Of a stretch of DNA of 32,000 bases, positions 18,772 through 27,146 are shown piece by piece (position 1 is the stretch's first letter; the number at the start of each line of letters is the position of its first letter). The notes beneath the pieces were generated by a model. The model saw nothing but the letters and a program-made list of their open reading frames with translations. It did no database searches and was not told where the DNA came from. The translations under genes and the position numbers were made by a program. The stretch comes from Promethearchaeota archaeon (GTDB taxonomy: Archaea; Asgardarchaeota; Lokiarchaeia; Sigyniarchaeales; SOKP01). The stretch lies in the NCBI GenBank assembly GCA_030606485.1, contig JAUWGH010000001.1, forward strand, positions 270,001 through 302,000. The letters run 5' to 3'.

Positions 18772-20910
18772 ATGCAATTAGCCAACAAATTAAAATATTC
18801 AAGGTATTTGATTTTATTTTTGCTTAATTATTGTATAATTTTTTCTCTCTTCTTAACTTCAAGTTCAATTTCTCAACAAAGATTTTCATTGACTGCAAAT
18901 AATGAGCTAAATATTGACCTTTCATTATTACCAAGAGCAAATCTTACTCAAAATTTAGAAGAATGGTTCGATCGAAAAATCGAAATGTTAATTATCGCTC
19001 CTCCAGATAAACCTAATTTCACTACTATTTTAATTCCCTTAGCTGAATGGAAAAATCAAAAAGGCGTAAAAACACAGATCTTAACGAATTATTCAAGTTA
19101 TCCCGGTGTTGATACACAAGAAAAGATCAGAAATATGATAAAGAGCTATTATAGTTCGGAAAAAGTTCAATGGGTATTGTTAGCAGGAGATACAGACTTA
19201 ATTCCCATAAGATATGTATATAATAATGATGTAGATCCGTTAGGTGAGAGAGAAACGGTTGGAGATAAATATCTTAAACCAACCGATTTTTATTATGCCG
19301 ATATAAACGGCACTTGGGATGATGATGGAGATGGGAGATGGGGTGAATCATCGGTATATAATGATAATGGAGTTGATGAAATCGATTGGACACCTAAAAT
19401 TTATGTTGGACGATTACCTGCTTCCAATGATGAGGAGTTAGAAATTATGGTGAATAAAACTCTTAAATACGAAACAAATCCTCAAATTGGAGGTTGGATG
19501 AATTCATTTTTACTCACAGGCGTAATATCGAATTATCCAGAAAATACTGAATCAGAGGTAGGTGAAGATGAGGCAAGACTCACAAGTTATATTCTATCTA
19601 ATTATGTTCTTGATTCAATGAATTATTCTCATTTAATTAAAACAACAAGTGATTTTGAGCCAAAACCTAGCTTTTCAAATATAACAAGAGATATATTCAG
19701 AACTAATTTTGATAACGGACATTCTTTGGGTATGTTTGCTGGACATGGAGCTCCTACAAGATTTGTTGATGAAACCGGTTATCAATTTTACACGGCTTCT
19801 GATGCAAAAATTTCCAATAATACAAATATGCCCACATTATTTTATAGTGATGCATGCACAACTTCTAGTTATGATTCTGAAATTAATAGCATCGGTGAAA
19901 TTTTAATTAAAAGACAAAATGCTGGAGCGATAGGATATATTGGAGCATTAAGAACAACATGGTATTTTGAACAAGATCTGGATTTAGAAATGTTGAATCG
20001 CGGTAATTGCAAATTGTTTTGGAAAGTATTCTTTATTAATAGAAGTTATCAACCCGGAAAGGCGCTTTACGATTCAAAAGTTGAATATTTGAAGAGTGAT
20101 TGGTTTAAATATTCAAATATAAATATGTCGCTCGAATGGGAAAGGAAGAACGTTTTAACCTATTGCCTATTGGGCGATCCCGAAGTAGATATTTATACAA
20201 ATATCCCAAAAACCCCCAAAGATCCATTCTCTGGAGATATTTATGAAGGGCAGCATTTCTCGATGTATTTAACAGATGTCAATGATAACGCTCTCTCAAA
20301 TATTAGAATTAATTTTGTAAGTAAAATGGGGAAATATCGAACTTTCTATTCAGATAAAAATGGATACGTAAATATACTCTTCCCTCTGGGTATCGATTCA
20401 TATAATTATGCAATTACTGGGCACAATATCAAACCTATTAATGGTTCTTTTACAACCCTACCAGATAATAATCCTCCTATTTTAGAGAATCTCCATATAA
20501 ATCCCGATATACCATCTGTCTCTGATAATATCTGCTTTTCAATTAACGCAGCCGATAATGAATCCGGAATAGAAAATATTTTCTTTCTGATTTCAAATGA
20601 TAATTTTTCTTCATATGATTATTTTCCTTTAGAAAAAGAAAGCAGCACAGATGATTCGCATTCATGTACATTAAATAAAATGGATTTTATGGATTATAAA
20701 TATGCAATCGTTGGATTTGATTATGCAAATAACTCAATCATTCAATACAATATAAATGATTTTCAATTTGAGATCATGCCGCCCATTTTATATTATCTTT
20801 TAATATTGATTAATTTTGGATTATTTGGATTACTTGCCTTAGGAATAATAATCCTTGTTAATAATTGGCAAAATTACAAGAAGAAATATATAAGACATGA
20901 AATAAATTAA
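18772..20910 (+). CDS. Membrane-anchored peptidase C25 (gingipain-like cysteine protease)
   Basis: N-terminal signal or anchor, LAEWKNQKG, VLLAGD, TDFYY, VGRLP, FAGHG (catalytic His), SDACTT (catalytic Cys), LLGDP and a C-terminal TM helix. Confidence 0.9.
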   Translation: MQLANKLKYSRYLILFLLNYCIIFSLFLTSSSISQQRFSLTANNELNIDLSLLPRANLTQNLEEWFDRKIEMLIIAPPDKPNFTTILIPLAEWKNQKGVKTQILTNYSSYPGVDTQEKIRNMIKSYYSSEKVQWVLLAGDTDLIPIRYVYNNDVDPLGERETVGDKYLKPTDFYYADINGTWDDDGDGRWGESSVYNDNGVDEIDWTPKIYVGRLPASNDEELEIMVNKTLKYETNPQIGGWMNSFLLTGVISNYPENTESEVGEDEARLTSYILSNYVLDSMNYSHLIKTTSDFEPKPSFSNITRDIFRTNFDNGHSLGMFAGHGAPTRFVDETGYQFYTASDAKISNNTNMPTLFYSDACTTSSYDSEINSIGEILIKRQNAGAIGYIGALRTTWYFEQDLDLEMLNRGNCKLFWKVFFINRSYQPGKALYDSKVEYLKSDWFKYSNINMSLEWERKNVLTYCLLGDPEVDIYTNIPKTPKDPFSGDIYEGQHFSMYLTDVNDNALSNIRINFVSKMGKYRTFYSDKNGYVNILFPLGIDSYNYAITGHNIKPINGSFTTLPDNNPPILENLHINPDIPSVSDNICFSINAADNESGIENIFFLISNDNFSSYDYFPLEKESSTDDSHSCTLNKMDFMDYKYAIVGFDYANNSIIQYNINDFQFEIMPPILYYLLILINFGLFGLLALGIIILVNNWQNYKKKYIRHEIN

Positions 20911-21464
20911 ACTGTTTCATTGGTTTTAGCAGTTAATGCTTCCTTTCTTAATGATAAGAGATATCTGAGAGAACGATAAGAACCTAATAACCCATGACAA
21001 ATCATTGCGAGACCAATAAAAAAAGCTGCAATATAATCTTCAAAAATAAAGACAAGAATCAACATTATAACTCCTGAAACACTGAAAGAAAAAATTAATG
21101 ATATTTCACCAATTATGATTTTTCTAATCGAGGTTCGCCTCAAAATATCTTTTAACTCATTATAATACTGATCTTCGCCCTTATCTCTGATATACCAAGA
21201 ACTTTCCAAGTTATTGGCAAATAGATATAGACTCCATAAAAAAATGAAAAGAGCAAGGTAAAAATCTAAAGATCCAAGTATTAAAATCGGAATCTGAACT
21301 AAAATCATCCCTTTCCAACCAATTTTTCTAGCTAATTTATTCGTCTCGAGTTTTAATTTTGCCGTAACATAATATGTGCTTAAAATATCTAAAGCTCTAC
21401 CTACACAGACGATTAATAAATTTATTAATATATTTGAATTTTGGTTAATTAACTGTAAAAACAT
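20907..21464 (-). CDS. Membrane protein of unknown function
   Basis: 185 aa with about 4 hydrophobic segments. Convergent with the C25 gene, stops overlap. Confidence 0.75.
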   Translation of the reverse strand: MFLQLINQNSNILINLLIVCVGRALDILSTYYVTAKLKLETNKLARKIGWKGMILVQIPILILGSLDFYLALFIFLWSLYLFANNLESSWYIRDKGEDQYYNELKDILRRTSIRKIIIGEISLIFSFSVSGVIMLILVFIFEDYIAAFFIGLAMICHGLLGSYRSLRYLLSLRKEALTAKTNETV

Positions 21465-21559
21465 GGGAATAAATTACCATAATCAAAAATAATAAATAAA
21501 ATTTGATTATTATAAATAAATACTTAATTAAAAATAATTATCCAAAAAAGTGATTTAAG

Positions 21560-22810
21560 TTGGAAGTAAATCCATTTGAAAACGCAAAAAAACAACTTGC
21601 TCTCGTTGCTGAAAAAATGGGCTTAAATCCCGATATTCATAAGTTTTTACAAAGTGTAGAACGTTCTTTGATTGTTAAAATACCTATTGTTATGGATGAT
21701 GGTCATCTTGAAATTTTCGAAGGATATCGTGTTCAACATAGCTTGGTTCGTGGTCCTGGTAAGGGTGGTGTTCGATTTAATCCTCAAGTAACTCTCGATG
21801 AGGTAAAAGCTTTAGCCATGTGGATGACTTGGAAGTGTTCATTACATAATCTCCCACTTGGGGGAGCTAAGGGTGGAGTTTGTTGTGATCCGAAGAAATT
21901 ATCGAAAAGAGAAATTGAGAGGATAACCAGACGATATACAGCTGAAATTATTAGTATCATTGGTCCAGATAAAGATATACCAGCACCAGATGTCGGCACA
22001 GGTGGAGAACATATGGCTTGGATGATGGATGTATATTCGATGCAGCATGGAAAAACAGTTCCTGGCGTTGTAACGGGAAAACCAATCGAGATTGGAGGCT
22101 CCCCGGGAAGAAGTGGAGCGACAGGTACGGGATTGTTTTTTGTAATTGAAAGAGCTTGTGAAAAGATGAATATAGACCTAAATGGTTTAACTGTAACCAT
22201 CCAGGGATATGGAAAAGTTGGTAAGAAGATTGTTAAACTGTTATCTAAACGAGGTTGTAAAATTTTAGCCGTTACTGATTCACGTGGTGGGGTTTATTCT
22301 GAGAATGGCTTAGATGTTGATAAATTATTGGAATGGAAGGAACAGGGAAATTCTGTTAGAGATTTTAAAGGTGACTCTTTAAAGCAAATTACAAATGAAG
22401 AAATATACACAATTAAATGTGATTTAATAATTCCTGCAGCTATGGAAAACCAGGTAACAGAGAAGAACGCTGACCAAATAGATTGCAAAATAATTGCAGA
22501 AGGGGCAAATGGTCCGATCACTCTAGAAGCAGACAAAATCTTAGAAAAGAAAGGTATAGTTGTCCTTCCAGATATTCTTGCTAACGGAGGAGGTGTGATC
22601 GTTAGTTATTTTGAATACGTTCAAGACATAAATGCTTATTATTGGGATTTGGAGAGAGTGAATAAGGAACTAAAGAAAATTATTCTTGATGCATTTGAAA
22701 ATGTATATAGTATTGTTAAAGAAAAAAATATCTCTTACAGACTAGCAGCATATATGATTGCCGTCTCAAGAGTTGCGAGGGCAATTGAATTACGGGGAAT
22801 TTTTCCTTAA
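21560..22810 (+). CDS. gdhA: Glutamate dehydrogenase (Glu/Leu/Phe/Val dehydrogenase family)
   Basis: GYRVQHS, KGGVRF, GGAKGG, DIPAPD, VVTGKP, QGYGKVG, EGANGP and PDILANGGG. TTG start 5 nt after AAGTGAT. Confidence 0.96.
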   Translation: MEVNPFENAKKQLALVAEKMGLNPDIHKFLQSVERSLIVKIPIVMDDGHLEIFEGYRVQHSLVRGPGKGGVRFNPQVTLDEVKALAMWMTWKCSLHNLPLGGAKGGVCCDPKKLSKREIERITRRYTAEIISIIGPDKDIPAPDVGTGGEHMAWMMDVYSMQHGKTVPGVVTGKPIEIGGSPGRSGATGTGLFFVIERACEKMNIDLNGLTVTIQGYGKVGKKIVKLLSKRGCKILAVTDSRGGVYSENGLDVDKLLEWKEQGNSVRDFKGDSLKQITNEEIYTIKCDLIIPAAMENQVTEKNADQIDCKIIAEGANGPITLEADKILEKKGIVVLPDILANGGGVIVSYFEYVQDINAYYWDLERVNKELKKIILDAFENVYSIVKEKNISYRLAAYMIAVSRVARAIELRGIFP

Positions 22811-22827
22811 TAAAAATTTTAATACTA

Positions 22828-22851
22828 AATATTTTTTTTTAATTTTTTTTT
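22828..22851 (+). terminator. T-tract terminator of gdhA
   Basis: Two consecutive long T runs just after the stop codon, typical of archaeal intrinsic terminators. Confidence 0.5.
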
Positions 22852-22906
22852 AATAACTCAAATATTTAAGATTCTTTGAATTCCTTGATAATTACATTAA
22901 TTTAAT

Positions 22907-22912
22907 AAAAAA
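22907..22912 (-). terminator. T6 tract, probable terminator of the 5S precursor
   Basis: Minus-strand TTTTTT lies just past the trailer stem of the permuted 5S gene. Confidence 0.45.
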
Positions 22913-22923
22913 TAGAATGCAAA

Positions 22924-23069
22924 TCGCACTAAATTTCTGAGTTCGGAAAGGGATCAGGTTTTTCCAACATCCTATGACCGTTAACGAATTAACAGTTTAC
23001 AGTTTCCCAATAATCGCAATATCAGTACTATCTGTAACGATATGTTGTTTAACTTCCAGTCTAGTGCGA
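22924..23069 (-). other. Bulge-helix-bulge-like processing stem enclosing the permuted 5S
   Basis: Leader TCGCACTAGA (23069-23060) pairs with trailer TTTAGTGCGA (22933-22924) over 10 bp, one of them G-U. Central 4-bp helix CTGG/TCAG. 3-nt bulges AAG (23055-23053) and AAA (22936-22934). Confidence 0.85.
22935..23053 (-). rRNA. rrf: 5S rRNA gene, circularly permuted (3' half 23053-22989, TTCG linker 22988-22985, 5' half 22984-22935)
   Basis: Reordered halves give a complete 5S. Helix I: TTAACGGT/ACTGTTAA. Helix II: GGATGTTG/CAACATATC with a bulged A. Helix III and loop C: AACCTGA-TCCCTTTCCGAAC-TCAG AA GTT. Loop E: AGTA/GAA. Loop D: GCGA. Helix V: GTTACAG/CTGTAAAC. 115 nt plus the 4-nt linker. 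Confidence 0.93.
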
Positions 23070-23097
23070 AGTGCTATAAATTAATAATAAACCCTTT

Positions 23098-23105
23098 TAT
23101 TTTAA
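23098..23105 (-). promoter_or_regulatory. Candidate TATA box for the 5S precursor
   Basis: Minus-strand TTAAAATA preceded by purine-rich AAAAGTAAAA (BRE-like), 24-31 nt upstream of where the leader stem begins (about 23074). The AT-rich background makes this weak. Confidence 0.4.
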
Positions 23106-23242
23106 TTTTACTTTTTACATACTATTTTCAATCTAATTGTAATATTCCAGCGTTTATTATGAAAATTTTCCTTAAAACTCTTATTTTAGTTGATTTACTT
23201 TTAGAAAATTTAAATAGTTTTGAAAATAATCTTAAAATATCG

Positions 23243-23782
23243 ATGCCTAGTAAAATAATTGTATTTTTCAAACGTGTTGGGCGCAACTGGTTTCTAATTT
23301 TTATAATAGCCGTGATTTTCGTTTTTTTTATCGAACAGATATTAGCAATTTGGTTAGTGGGTATTGCACTAGTTCTATATTTGTTATCGTTTCTTCCTAA
23401 TATCTTCTTCAAGAGATCCTTAAAAGGAAAAATGATGGAATATTATATGATTGAAGAAGATACAATTGCTCATAAAATGAAAAAACCATTGAGAAAAATT
23501 AGAGAAACGTTATTTAAATTATCTCAAAAACAACGCAAAAAAACCTATCTAATTGTATATTTAGATAATAGATATATTTATTTTCACGAAGAAACTGTTA
23601 ATAAGTTTAATGAACTTTATAAAAAAGGATTTGGTGAGAAGGAAATTCTCGAGGGTATGAAAAAATACGATTTACAAACCAAATCGGAGGTCAAATATAT
23701 CTTGAATACTCTTAAGAAACATAATCGGCTACCAGAAAGAGAGATCTCTGTAAAAGAGTATAGAGATAAGGATAGATATTAA
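23243..23782 (+). CDS. Membrane-anchored protein of unknown function (2 N-terminal TM helices, basic cytoplasmic domain)
   Basis: Track ORF 23042-23782. The 5' part overlaps the 5S gene and its promoter and is low-complexity, so ATG 23243 (MPSKIIVFF) is the likelier start. Confidence 0.75.
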   Translation: MPSKIIVFFKRVGRNWFLIFIIAVIFVFFIEQILAIWLVGIALVLYLLSFLPNIFFKRSLKGKMMEYYMIEEDTIAHKMKKPLRKIRETLFKLSQKQRKKTYLIVYLDNRYIYFHEETVNKFNELYKKGFGEKEILEGMKKYDLQTKSEVKYILNTLKKHNRLPEREISVKEYRDKDRY

Positions 23783-24004
23783 TATCTTCGAATTACTTAA
23801 TTCAATCCTATTTTTTGATTAATAAATGAATCTTAAAAAAAAAGAATTGATAGTATAAGTTCTTCAAATCCCAATTTTAAAAATAAAAAGTTTTATTTTT
23901 CTTAAATTAATTTATTTTATTAATAAGAATTACTAAATACAATTAATAATCATATTTTATCTAATAAATCACATAAATAACTCATAATTTTCGGTGGAAA
24001 AAAA

Positions 24005-24532
24005 ATACCTAAAAAGTTCATTATGAAAATCTTGACTGCCGGAGAGGGCGGAGTAGGAAAAACAACACTTTTACGCCGTTTTGTTGAAGGACAATTCTTC
24101 TCAGAGACTAAAATGACTATTGGGGTTGAATTTTTCCTGAAATCTATTGTTTTAGGAGACAATGAGATTACACTTCAACTCTGGGATTTTGGTGGGCAAG
24201 AACGTTTTAGGTTTTTACTTGGAAGTTATGTTTTAGGGGCTAAAGGAGCATTTCTAATGTTTGATCTTACAAGAATAGCAACATTAGAAAAACTTGAACA
24301 ATGGGTTCAAATTGTGCGCCAAAACGACCCTAATTTACCTGTTTTATTTCTTGGGACTAAAATTGATTTAATAGAAGATATAAATGTGAATGATGACTTT
24401 GCTTTATCATATCTCGAACCCTTAAATTTATTTGATTATCTCAAGATATCATCAAAAACTGGTGAAAATGTTGAGGAATCCTTTAAACGCTTAACTCAAG
24501 AAATATTAGAACGTCAAGGTATTCAAATATAA
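24005..24532 (+). CDS. Rab-like small GTPase (Ras superfamily)
   Basis: G1 GEGGVGKTT, G2 TIGVEF, G3 WDFGGQERF, G4 GTKID, G5 SSKTG. No CAAX. ATG at 24023, or ATA at 24005 behind GGTGG. Confidence 0.95.
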   Translation: MPKKFIMKILTAGEGGVGKTTLLRRFVEGQFFSETKMTIGVEFFLKSIVLGDNEITLQLWDFGGQERFRFLLGSYVLGAKGAFLMFDLTRIATLEKLEQWVQIVRQNDPNLPVLFLGTKIDLIEDINVNDDFALSYLEPLNLFDYLKISSKTGENVEESFKRLTQEILERQGIQI

Positions 24533-24985
24533 ATGTTTTCTTATTTTAATGATTTAAAAGATCATCAGCTTATCATTTTGGATGCGAATTTTATATTAAT
24601 CCCATCTCAGTTTGGGATCGATTATTTTGAAGAAATTAGAGAGATCATCCCGGGGAAATTGGCTTATATAGTTTTTAAATCCACTTTAGATGAATTAAAT
24701 TGGAAAAAAATAAGGGAAAATAAAAAAATCAAATATCGGAAACAGTTAGAATTAGGCTTACAAATTTTAACATCTCATAAATTCTATGAGATCCCAATAG
24801 AGAGGGAAAATAATGAAACCGTGGATGATTTTTTGATTAAAGCATGTCAAAAATTATTAAATAATAATTTCAAAGTTCATTTGGCAACAAATGATTCCAG
24901 ACTTCGGTCAAGGGCAATGAAATTGGGAATAAGTGTTATATATCTAAGACAAAAAAAGAAAATTGTTTCTGATCGATTCGATTAG
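24533..24985 (+). CDS. PIN-domain protein, Fcf1/Utp24-like (COG1412 type)
   Basis: ILDANF, LDEL, VDDFL, LATNDSRLR and VIYLRQKK. ATG directly follows the GTPase stop. Confidence 0.85.
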   Translation: MFSYFNDLKDHQLIILDANFILIPSQFGIDYFEEIREIIPGKLAYIVFKSTLDELNWKKIRENKKIKYRKQLELGLQILTSHKFYEIPIERENNETVDDFLIKACQKLLNNNFKVHLATNDSRLRSRAMKLGISVIYLRQKKKIVSDRFD

Positions 24986-25042
24986 AAAACTTTATTAAAT
25001 TTTGATTAGCTATAATTTAAATATCTTTTATTTAAATTTTAG

Positions 25043-26275
25043 TTGATTACGATGGAAAATCTAAATTTTTTTAACTTTCTCTTTAGATCACCTCGTATTA
25101 TCTTTGGAAGAGGAAAAATTTCAATATTGGGTGAGCAAGCGCGTATTCTTTACGGAAAGGATAAAAATAAAAAATTAAATGCATTTTTAGTTACTGGAAA
25201 AAGTTCTCTTAAGAAATCCGGTAATTTAAATAGAATATTAAATAATTTAGACATGGCCAATGTTCCGGTTTTTATTTATGATGAGATTGAAGGAGAACCA
25301 ACTACATTAGTAATAAATCGAGGGAAAGAACTTGCAATTGAAAATAAAACAGATGTTGTTATTGGCATAGGTGGAGGGAGTGTTATAGATTCTGCTAAAG
25401 GTATCTCTGGTTTAGTTACTAATGGTGGAATAGTACAAGATTATCACGCTGGTAAAAGAAGTTTTGATAAACCAGGTCTTCCTTTCATTGTTGCTCCAAC
25501 CACATCCGGTACTGGTTCTGAAGTATCTAATAATGCAGTGATCATTGACCCTGCTCGAGGAATTAAACAAAGCATTCGTGGAGATAAAATGATGGCGCAT
25601 ATTGTAATATTAGATCCTGAATTAGTTCTTTCATGTCCAAAAAAATATACGGCATTTTCTGGTGCTGATGCGTTAGTTCAATCAATAGAGGCGTTTGTAT
25701 CAAAATCATCTAATTATCTCTCAGATATTTTTGCAATTGAATCAATAAAATTATTACTTCCAGCTCTTCCTAAAGTAGTAAATGACCTCTTAAATATTGA
25801 ACTGAGAGAAAAGATGATGTTAGGAAGTTTCCTTGATGGATTAGCATTTGCAACCTCAAAACTTGGGGCAGTCCATGGGTTCGCTCATCCAATTGGAGTG
25901 AAACATAAAATCAATCATGGCCTTATATGCGGTTTATTATTACCCTATGTAATGAAATACAACGCAGAATTAGTATATGTCCAAAAAAAATATGCTTATA
26001 TTGCGGATATTGCAGTTCAGAGCAATATTGTTACTGAGATTAATCTGAAAATAAGAGATTGCCCAGATAGTATAAACGATAAAGCTGTGTGGATAATCGA
26101 ACTCATTAAAAAGATTTTTGAACATTGTGAAATCCCTCTGCATTTAAAAGATATTGGAATTACCGAAGAGGATATTGATGATATCGTTAAGGATACGAAA
26201 GGTTCATCTTTAAATAATAATCCTCGAGACACTGATAAACAAAGTCTAAAGCAAATTCTTTTGAATGCATTATAA
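25043..26275 (+). CDS. Iron-containing alcohol dehydrogenase
   Basis: EGEPT, GGGSVIDSAK, PTTSGTGSE, LDPEL, DALVQSIE and HGFAH...HG. Start may be ATG 25052. Confidence 0.93.
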   Translation: MITMENLNFFNFLFRSPRIIFGRGKISILGEQARILYGKDKNKKLNAFLVTGKSSLKKSGNLNRILNNLDMANVPVFIYDEIEGEPTTLVINRGKELAIENKTDVVIGIGGGSVIDSAKGISGLVTNGGIVQDYHAGKRSFDKPGLPFIVAPTTSGTGSEVSNNAVIIDPARGIKQSIRGDKMMAHIVILDPELVLSCPKKYTAFSGADALVQSIEAFVSKSSNYLSDIFAIESIKLLLPALPKVVNDLLNIELREKMMLGSFLDGLAFATSKLGAVHGFAHPIGVKHKINHGLICGLLLPYVMKYNAELVYVQKKYAYIADIAVQSNIVTEINLKIRDCPDSINDKAVWIIELIKKIFEHCEIPLHLKDIGITEEDIDDIVKDTKGSSLNNNPRDTDKQSLKQILLNAL

Positions 26276-26347
26276 TGTTAAATAAAATAAATACGTAAAT
26301 TATTATAAACAAAATTAAGATAAATAAAATAATTGGAGGCAAAATAA

Positions 26348-26683
26348 ATGAAAGTAGTAAAAGAGTCTGATTTCGAATATCGTGGTGGAGATTCTGGTGT
26401 GAAGTATCTTTTTAGGGGCCCTAGTATTGATTGGGGGGTGATTCTTCTTAAACCTGGAGAATATATGGGAGATAAACCCCACGGGCACAACTTTTTAGAT
26501 GAAACCTTCTTTTTTATTCAAGGAGATGGTGTAATGATCGTTGACGATAAGGAAATCGCTGCACCAGAAGGCTCAGCTTTCTTGATTGAACCAAAGGAAA
26601 TGCATAATATACGAAATGATTCTGACAAACCGATAAAAATAATCTTTATCAAAGGAGAATATAAACCGGATGATAAAATATAG
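26348..26683 (+). CDS. Cupin-domain protein
   Basis: PHGHNFLDETFFFIQGDG and EPKEMHNIRN metal-binding motifs. GGAGG SD upstream. Confidence 0.9.
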   Translation: MKVVKESDFEYRGGDSGVKYLFRGPSIDWGVILLKPGEYMGDKPHGHNFLDETFFFIQGDGVMIVDDKEIAAPEGSAFLIEPKEMHNIRNDSDKPIKIIFIKGEYKPDDKI

Positions 26684-26786
26684 TTTTTATTTAATTTTAT
26701 TTAAGAAATTTCTAAAAATCTTAACAGAAAAAAATTTAAACTTAATTATAATTAAAGAAATATAATATTAGATTTGGTTAAAAGAT

Positions 26787-27146
26787 TTGACAAAGAAAAA
26801 GCACAAAGAAGCCCAACAAGCCCAGACCTTTAGAATTAAATTTCCTCGCCGTAAAGATGGAGAAATGTTTGCCAGAATTGTTGAGATCCTCGGAAATGAA
26901 CGTATGCGCGTATTTTGTGAAGATAAAGTTTATCGACTTGGTCGTGTTCGTGGTAAAATTAAAAAAAGAGTGTGGATGCGTCAAGGGGATTTAGTATTAA
27001 TTTCAAGTTGGGACTGGGAAACTCAAACAGCTGGAAAATTGGGAAAATGTGAAATATTTTGGCGGTATAGAGCTAATGAGATTGCTTGGCTTGAACGCAA
27101 TAGAAAAGTACCTGAGATACTTGATATTAATAACATTCCATTATAG
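26787..27146 (+). CDS. eif1a: Translation initiation factor 1A (aIF1A)
   Basis: GEMFARIVEILG, GRVRGKIKKRVWMRQGDLVL and WRY; OB fold; TTG start. Confidence 0.95.
   Translation: MTKKKHKEAQQAQTFRIKFPRRKDGEMFARIVEILGNERMRVFCEDKVYRLGRVRGKIKKRVWMRQGDLVLISSWDWETQTAGKLGKCEIFWRYRANEIAWLERNRKVPEILDINNIPL

Noticed and set aside
22935-22984. Reading the locus as a truncated 5S pseudogene
   Set aside because: The missing 3' half lies immediately upstream, all helices pair, and a splice motif restores the junction exactly.
23042-23242. N-terminal 67 codons of track ORF 23042-23782, and antisense ORF 23128-23412
   Set aside because: They overlap the 5S gene or its promoter, or lie antisense to a real gene, and have the low-complexity F/I/L/K content expected from AT-rich DNA.
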